NCBI GenBank assembly: GCA_951406725.2
Contig: OX597814.1
Coordinates: 196,292,001 to 196,356,000 of the forward strand
From: Octopus vulgaris
Taxonomy: Eukaryota
DNA: 64,000 nucleotides
Reading direction: 5' to 3'
Each line of letters opens with the position of its first letter. The first letter of the stretch is position 1. Below are positions 55,177 through 64,000 of the stretch, one piece after another. Under the pieces are notes generated by a model. It was not told the DNA's origin. It saw only the letters and a list, made by a program, of their open reading frames with translations, and searched no databases. Both the position numbers and the translations under genes were made by a program.

Positions 55177-55863
55177 ATATTATATACACTATTTTATGCA
55201 TATATTGAACTTGGTGTTTGGTAGAAAGACTTTTTAACGCCATAAGGTTATTTAAGCAATATTCGATAGGTTTCTGCTGGACTTGTTCCGATAAGTATTA
55301 TCTTCTCACACAGATTTATAGACATTAGCTCTAGCAAACATTTATAAATCAGACTGAACTGCACATATGTTGCTTTTATTTTCTGTATCTAATTAAAATG
55401 CGTTCAACGTATGCCAGGGCAGCTGGACGGACTGCTTCGCCATATTTGTTCAGAAACTATAAATTTATTCGGCAGTGGTCAGCTTAAAAATTTTCCCCGT
55501 ATTTTACTTGCTTTCGCACTGGTACTAATTGGATAATTGTGATGGAAAGAGGTGAGAGAAATTGTTACATAGAACGGAGTAGCTAAAGTTTGGGAGAGAG
55601 TTTTTCTTTGCAGTTAGTATTACAGTGGTGGTGGTGGCGAGGATGGTAAAAACAGGAGTATATTACATCATATATTGTTGGACAAGTGACTGCAAATGAT
55701 AGGGAACACAAGAAATTTAGAAGAATTCCTAAACCTGTTATAGCGTCCAATGAAATGTTTCACTCTTCCGGTTATTGTTTTTTTAGTTGAATTCTGACAG
55801 CAATTCCTGCGAGACAAAAATGACAAACACACACACATACACACATACAAACACATATATATA

Positions 55864-55921
<58 letters not shown>

Positions 55922-55923
<2 letters not shown>

Positions 55924-56022
55924 ATTAATAAGGGTGAGAGAATTAGATACTAATTTAATAGTATATCTATTCAACACCAAGTGGCCCAGTGCTTCGAATA
56001 GTGACCATTCTCTTATATTTAT
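55922..56022. mobile_element. Minimal remnant of the 30800 family
   Basis: Leader aagggtgagagaattagatactaatttaatagta joined to terminal ...ctcttatattt. Confidence 0.6.
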
Positions 56023-56023
56023 T

Positions 56024-56054
<31 letters not shown>

Positions 56055-56586
56055 GTATGCATATGTAGATATAAGATATATAAGTACACACACACATTAT
56101 ACACATATATGTATGGAAAGAGAAGGACATACTGTGAAATGAATACATAGATGGATGGACCGATATATTGATGGAGACATAAATACAGACAGAAAGGAAC
56201 ACACAAGGTATGATACCTCAGAACTCATAGCCCCTGTGTAATTTTTTTACTTCTGATGTTTTAAAATAATAATACATATATAAGTTTATGAGTGTGTATG
56301 TATAGGTAGATCTGTGTATGTACTGGAGTATATTTGTGGGCGTACATCCATCTCTCTACCTTTCCTTCTACCTCTCACTACGGAAATCCATATAGTTATT
56401 AGATAGTTATATACTGCTCTATGCTATTTCATTCCTAACAAGAGTTTATATATTCCGCTTCCTCCTATTTAAATTTAATACTTCTTGCAATATTTTTCAA
56501 TTAAATATCGTTTTGACATAATGAAACTGTAAAAAATTAACACAGAAGAGCCAAATAAATTTCCCTCAGAAAAACAGAAGATACAT

Positions 56587-56674
<88 letters not shown>

Positions 56675-56886
56675 TTCCTTTTAATTCTTCCATTGTTTCT
56701 TTCTTTATATTTTTGTGTTGTATTATTATTTGTATTATAATTTGTATTGTTTCTTTTTCTTACTTTATTTCCTTTCAGACTTATTTTTTTTATCGTACCT
56801 TCTCATTCTTTCTTTCGTTCCTTTCCTATGTATGTATGTATCAATCTATCTATCTATCTGATTTTTTTTATTACCCACAAGGGGCG

Positions 56887-56968
<82 letters not shown>

Positions 56969-57039
56969 ACTTTATTTATCTTTATCTATTTATCATTCTA
57001 TCTATCTATCTATCTATCTTTTTTTTTCCGTTCCACTTT

Positions 57040-57222
57040 TTTTCCTCTCCCCCGCCTTTTTTTAAAACTTTTATTCCCCCCTTTTTTTGCCCTCTTTCTT
57101 TCCCTTTACGATCCCTTTTGATCGAAAACCTAATCCCCATTTTTTTACCCCCAAAAGGAAAGCTCTACCTTGTAATTTGTCCTGTCTGTGTGCAGCCCTG
57201 TGTGGCTAATAAAGAAACATAT
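57040..57222 (+). mobile_element. Retroelement 3' end in (ATCT)n
   Basis: Second copy of 32245-32398. Confidence 0.65.
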
Positions 57223-57241
57223 CTATCTGTCTATCTCCATA

Positions 57242-57272
<31 letters not shown>

Positions 57273-57284
57273 GTCTATCTATCC

Positions 57285-57372
<88 letters not shown>

Positions 57373-58144
57373 GTCTGTCTATCTATCTATCTATCTGTCA
57401 GTCAATCTGTCTGTCCGTTTGTCTATCTGTCTATCTATCATTTTGTCTCTCTCTAACTCTTTGTCCATCACTCTCCGTCCAGTTACGCATTCTCAATCCT
57501 CTCTCCTTTCCTTTATATTATCATGCTTCTTTCTCCATTTTTCTCTTCTCTCCTCTTTCTCTAAACGTCTTCCATCTTTTAATGACGCCTTGTTTAACTT
57601 CCTTCATTTCCCCTCTTTCCACCAATCATTTCTGCATTGCTCACCCTTTCCCCCCCCATTCTCTCTTTCTTCTCAATTATTTCCATACTATTTCATTCCT
57701 TTATTTCCCGCCTACGCTTCTCACATTCTACATTTCTGAAACTAGTCTTACAACCCCTCCACACACTACGCTCGTTTCTTATCTGTATTAAGACTAATAT
57801 TTTTTGTTCAAATGTTTGCAACAATGTTTTATAATTTTTACTACGATCTCTTTATCTTCTTTCTTTAGTATTTCTTTCTATATTTCGTTGATTCTTTTTA
57901 TCGTCCACTTCATTGCAAATAAAGTCCCACAAATTCTATCTTAGCTTTTTTCATCACAATCACCTATGCTTTAAAAAGTCACACTCTGTCTTCCACTCTC
58001 GCTACCCTCGTAATATATATATGTATATATGTATGTGTGTGTGTGTGTGTGTGTCTGTGTGTATGTTTGTGTGCGTGCGTGTGTGTATGCACGTACATAT
58101 ACACCGGTGTGTTCAAGACTGTATATACATACATGTAAATATAT

Positions 58145-58185
<41 letters not shown>

Positions 58186-58260
58186 GTACACACGCAAGTA
58201 TATATACATATATATGCATATTATGTGTATGTATATGTAAATATACATATCCATATAAAT

Positions 58261-58308
<48 letters not shown>

Positions 58309-58389
58309 AGAGATAGGGGAGAAAGAGAGAGAGTGAGAAAGGCAAACAACATTAAAAACCTTACAAAATATATATGATACGTAGATAGA

Positions 58390-58394
58390 AACTT

Positions 58395-58463
<69 letters not shown>

Positions 58464-58621
58464 ATGTAACTATCTATCTATCCATATATATATATATATA
58501 TATATGTATATTATATATATAGTGTGTGTGTTTGTGTGTGGGTGTATGCATACACACGCACGTAAATATTCAAATGTATGATGTATGTATATGTCTAATA
58601 TATATATATATACTCACAAAC

Positions 58622-58668
<47 letters not shown>

Positions 58669-59133
58669 GGAAGAAACTCTCGCGTACGCATACAGATGTC
58701 TTCCTCTGCCTCAACCTCTCATGTTTTCCAGTCTCCGCTACTTTCCATTTCATGAACTAAGAAAACTTAATTGAAATATTCTAGAGAATATATTACATTG
58801 TTGACATTGGTGAAGTAAATTTTCTCTGATCTTTTGTTCAGTTATTTATTCAGAAGAAATCTTTGTTTCTTTAGCTGTTTTCTTTTACTCGCTAGCATTT
58901 ACTTTTGTGTCGAAGTATATTTGTATGTAGGTAGGAATGAATGCATTTATATCTATATGTTTCTTGGCTTCGTGTTTTGTCGGTGCCTTGTCAAATTATT
59001 GTAGTATATTTTAATAAACAGTGCGTTTCTCGCAAGAATATACATACATATTTTCATGTATATATATATAAAGACACACACATATATATATGGATATACA
59101 CATATATACACATATAAATACATATAGATACAC

Positions 59134-59166
<33 letters not shown>

Positions 59167-59411
59167 CACATATACATACATAAAGATACACACAAACACA
59201 CACACACAAACATATATATATATGTATATGTATATATATACGTAATATATATATATATATATAGATGTATGTAATATACATATAACTATGTATGTATGTA
59301 TATATATAATACATTTATATATATATATATATATATACATGTATATATATACATATATATGTATACATGTCTGTATGTATATATATATATATATATAACT
59401 ATGTATGTATG

Positions 59412-59477
<66 letters not shown>

Positions 59478-59577
59478 GTATCTGTACATATATATGTATA
59501 CATTGTATTTATATATATATATGTATGTATATATATATAATAAGGTAGAAAATGCGTGTGTTCCATTTTCATCCTTC

Positions 59578-59672
<95 letters not shown>

Positions 59673-59703
59673 CTGATATATATATGTATATATATATATA
59701 TAA

Positions 59704-59764
<61 letters not shown>

Positions 59765-59780
59765 CGAGAAAGAGAGAGAG
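58390..59780. repeat. Extended compound (TA)/(TG)/(TATG)/(GA) microsatellite field
   Basis: Visible directly; source of many spurious YI-repeat ORFs. Confidence 0.9.
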
Positions 59781-60318
59781 GAATATATTGGCAAGCCAAC
59801 GTCAGGAACAGCAATAAATACATAAAAAAAATACATAATCGTTTGAAATAAAAGAAGACAATAAGAGCAACAATATCAATAACCACGACAACAATAACAA
59901 CAATAACACAATTTGAAACAAATTATTAAATGAATAGCAAAGAGAGAAAAACACTTCTTCGATTCCACCGTCACAACTCTACTATCATTGCAGACACCAC
60001 CACCACTAACACCACCACCACTACCACTACCACAACTACTATCACTATTACCACTACTACCACCACTAACAATACCACAACCCACACCCTTCACATCCTC
60101 CACAGTAGCAACAACAAACAACAAACAACACCGATGACAAAAGGTACAACGACAATAAAAGAAGCATTAAAAATGTTTAAAGTATGTTAAAACACGGAAA
60201 GTAATGTATTAACCATTTAAATAAATAATTAGGCGCACAATCAGTGGTGTGTGTGTATGTGTGTATGTGTATTTGTATGAATCTGCATGTTCTTATATAT
60301 GTACACACACACATACAA

Positions 60319-60397
<79 letters not shown>

Positions 60398-61040
60398 TGA
60401 GAGAGAGAGAGAGAAATAATGCACGCACACGCACACATATATATTTATACGTACATATATACTTCATCTATATATATGCTTGTCCGTCCGTATAATTTAT
60501 AGAAAGAAAAGTAACATATATCGATGTATGTGATCTTCAGAATCCATGAATCGACAAACACTTTCCACTTCACAAGCATGAAGAATAACTCAGAATAACG
60601 TGACTAAAATATAAACATCCCCAAACATGTATAAAAATATGTATCCCCATCCTCAGCTGCCAAACAGAATATCACTATAGTTTCGACTCCTGGGCAGTAC
60701 CATTCAATCCAGCGGGGTCAGCGTAAAAGCATAAAGGTTTTTTGGGAATCAAGAGCAATCAATAAGAGCGAAATATTATCATGGAATATCAATTATACCA
60801 ACGCCTGCTTGTTACTACAATTAACAACATTAAAGTAAAGTATTTGTATTGACTCATAATTACAAAACTGTACCTATGCAGCAAAGAACTTACTCTCAAG
60901 AAAAGCATTATGATCCTAAATCCTGCTATTCAAAGGAACAGGCGAAGTAAATATATTAATAATAAGAGAAAAGTCTATTCAACCTCCAATACTCGACATG
61001 ATGAAACTAACAAAAGAAAAACAAACCAAACGTACACATA

Positions 61041-61442
61041 TAGGCGCAGGAGTGGCTGTGTGGTAAGTACCTTGCTTACCAACCACATGGTTCCGGGTTC
61101 AGTCCCACTGCGTGGCACCTTGGGCAAGTGTCTTCTACTATAGCCTCGGGCCAACCAAAGCCTTGTGAGTGGATTTGGTAGACAGAAACTAAAAGAAGCC
61201 CGTCGTATATATGTATGTATATATATATGTGTGTGTGTGTCTGTGTTTGTCCCACTAGCATTGCTTGACAACCGATGCTGGTGTGTTTACGTCCCCGACA
61301 CTTAGCGGTTCGGCAAAAGAGACTGATAGAGTAAGTACTGGGCTTGCAAAGAATAAGTCCTGGGGTCGAGTTGCTCGACTAAAGGCGGTGCTCCAGCATG
61401 GCCGCAGTCAAATGACTGAAACAAGTAAAAGAGTAAAAGAGT
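61041..61442 (+). mobile_element. SINE family B, full length (reference copy)
   Basis: A box TGGCTGTGTGG, B box GGTTCAGTCCC, CORE-like ccttgggcaagtg, internal microsatellite, (gtaaaaga)n tail. Confidence 0.9.
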
Positions 61443-61856
61443 ATAGAAACCATGCAACGAACATAGACTACTTGATACATCGATAATCAATTCATATCAC
61501 ATCACGAATATGATACCACACCAAAAACAAGCCTAATAATGACTAATGGAAAAGTCAATCTCATGCTCAATGTCCTCGAGTATAGATATACGTTTATAAA
61601 ATATGTTTAATATTATGAAATAAAAGAAACACGTATATTGCTAATTAAAAGTAAAAAAATGTAAATGAATATATTTATATATTCATTTATACAAGTATAA
61701 TTGGACTAATTAGTAATATGAAAAGCAATAACTACTTGATAAAAACTACTTAACTAAAACAAATAACTAATTATATATCCTACCTATAAAGTGACTAAAT
61801 AATCCAGTTAATTAAACGGTTACTGTGTCTGTTACCTGGGAACAACTGAAACTACA

Positions 61857-62153
61857 TCTTTATATATAAAAGTCAAGTTGTGTGTCTGTCTCCTACGATT
61901 TAGATTCCTAACTACTCCCACATTTTGCGGTGCAGTGTAACCAAAAGCGGGTATCTTATAGTCGTGATTCATATCGAGCCCTTCTGGGTATTAGTGCGCG
62001 TCTACGATGAGTCTAAGATTTAAAAAAAAATTACCATAATTTTTTCCCATTTTTAATGCATTTTTTGCTATTATATAAGGGAAGTAACTATGTAAAAATG
62101 CTTATATAGTTATTTCCCTTACAAACCCGAGCAACGCCGGGCGATACTGCTAG
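61857..62153 (+). mobile_element. Non-autonomous Helitron (reference copy)
   Basis: A|TC...cccgagcaacgccggg...CTAG|T. Confidence 0.9.
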
Positions 62154-62219
62154 TTTAAACAATAAAATAAATAAATGTATATGGAATTAATAAACATTGA
62201 AACCTACTGAAACAAGTAT

Positions 62220-62408
62220 ATCCTTTTCTACTCTAGGCACAAGGCACGAAATTTTTGGGGAGGGGGGTAGTCGATTAGATCGACCCCAATGGTATTTAAT
62301 TTATCGATCCCGATATGATGAAAGGCAAAGTCTTCTTCGTAGCGGCAGACAAAATACCGCAAAGTATTTCGCCCGGTGTGCTAACGTTTCAGCCAGCTTG
62401 CCGCCTTA
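62220..62408 (-). mobile_element. SINE family A variant with internal deletions
   Basis: Reverse-complement head ggcggcaagctggctgaaacgttagc; flanked by repeated tactgaaacaagtatatc (probable TSD). Confidence 0.75.
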
Positions 62409-63089
62409 CTGAAACAAGTATATCATAACAGAATTATATTTGAGAAAATGTTGAGATCTACTTCATCCTTTACTTTGGGGGAGGGATTCCAAAGTTCGAT
62501 TTTTAATAAACATTCATCATATTAATTTGGTGGCTTACTATTGTAAGTATTTTTCGAATATGAACACGTTACAAGGATAAGGTGTGTTATGAGCATTTAT
62601 AGAACACGTACCCAATAGAAGCCCAACAAACAATTTAAGATGGAGACGAGAAGGTGTTAAAAGTTTTATAAATTTTAATCCACGTATACGATCGTTTGAA
62701 ACGGTAATATTAACATGTAAAAAGCATCGAAAAAATTAGAAATTAATTCAATTACAATCATAATGAAATTAATTGCATATTACCGTTCTCCTTAGTGTGA
62801 AAGTAGAATGCATTAAAAAGAATACATCAGAAGAATATTATATTATTACAGAAGACTAGAAGGAGTGAGTGTCACGTGACATACTCGGTTATGAAAGATG
62901 AAAGATAAAAACATGCTTAAGTAGTGCTGAGTCTAATTGTGTATGAACTATAACAGAATTAGTCTACATGTAACAAAACTCAAATTACTGCAGAGAAACC
63001 AACAGAAAAGAGAGATACAAGTAAAAAGCTTGAAATCACGATCGAGAGTGCAACGCCCGAATTATGAAGCCATGCGCCCTCCTGGACAG

Positions 63090-63304
63090 TATTCTCTTTT
63101 ACCCTCTTTTACTTGTTTCAGTCATTTGACTGCGGCCATGCTGGAGCACCGCCTTTAGTCGAGCATATCGACCCCGGGACTTATTTTTTGTAAGCCCAGT
63201 ACTTATTCTATCAGTCTCTTTTGCCAAACCGCTAAGTGACGGGGACGTAAACACACCAGCATCGGTTGTCAAGCAATGCTAGGGGGACAAACACAGACAC
63301 ACAA

Positions 63305-63345
<41 letters not shown>
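63090..63345 (-). mobile_element. SINE family B 3' half
   Basis: Matches 5800-6000. Confidence 0.85.
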
Positions 63346-63347
<2 letters not shown>

Positions 63348-63349
<2 letters not shown>

Positions 63350-64000
63350 AAAAGCAATAAAGATTCAAGTTAATTTAAATGAATTAACTTGAATATGGTA
63401 CCTAACTTAGATGCACCAAAAGAAAACTATACTGATTTAACAATACAGTAATGTGGGGTGATTATAAGCGAGAAAGAAGCAACAAGAATGGATAGGTTTT
63501 TAGTACAATCGTTTCATACAAGGACAGGCTTTATTAAAAGTTGCAAAAATTACAGCATATAAACGTGTCCCGTACTCATCAGCTAAAATACATGTGAGTT
63601 CTCTAGACATCCTAGTGGTTGAGGCTATACTCATGAAGTAATGTAGATAATTAAGTAACATAAACAGATTTCCAAAGTTCATTAAAGTTCATTAAAGATG
63701 ATGTACAGTCTTATCATAGAATTTTAAAAAAGTTTTAATAGCATCACAGAGAAGGTGACCTAATCCATAGTGCACATATGAATTTCCAGAGATATGATGA
63801 GGGATTACATACTCACAGAAGACAAATTTATCCATTGTTAATTACAACGAGGTGGGTTTCAATTCCTGCTTATTAGCATTATAGAGAGGGTGAATTAATC
63901 CTTTGTATAGATGCACAATTTCCAATGGTGTAGATCTAAATTTCCAGAGAAATGAAGAGGAATGAACTTTAATGAACTTTGGAAATCTGTTTATGTTACT
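63348..64000. mobile_element. Leader plus long inverted-repeat element running off the window, with hammerhead at 63498-63588 (-)
   Basis: TTTTAG-CTGATGA-GTACGGGACA...TGTCCTTGTAT-GAAAC-GATT-GTA-CTAAAA. 63654-63693 is inverted at 63961-64000. Confidence 0.75.

Noticed and set aside
56713-57739. 247-aa and 183-aa ORFs
   Set aside because: (ATCT)n and pyrimidine-rich low complexity; no domain signal.
60700-61000. Possible GIY-YIG C-terminal relic (LSWNI, LYLCSKE, INNKR)
   Set aside because: Too degenerate to call without an HMM search.

Overview
AT-rich, microsatellite-saturated eukaryotic DNA. The repeat repertoire (tRNA-derived SINEs, R4/Dong and RTE LINE ends, Helitrons, Tc1/mariner) looks like an Octopus/cephalopod intron or intergenic region; the taxon is an inference. 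No intact protein-coding gene is visible, and nearly all listed ORFs are translated microsatellites or SINEs. Real coding remnants are RLE-type LINE ends (R4/Dong-like, HERO-like), an internally deleted RTE LINE, Tc1 and mariner transposase fragments, and a Penelope-like (PLE) GIY-YIG remnant. The most notable structure is a set of short non-coding elements sitting mostly in (TA)n arrays. They are built as a unique terminal segment plus a long inverted repeat, and they carry minimal type-I hammerhead-ribozyme motifs (CUGANGA, stem II, GAAAC, palindromic tetramer, GUH). Several have greatly extended stem II, and one has a compensatory G3:C8 core swap. Also notable: head-less concatemeric SINE units with a recurrent junction, a SINE whose body and tail both come from the deleted RTE in this window, a different microsatellite used by each element family, and three weak candidate exons. 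All motif and pairing calls were made by eye.
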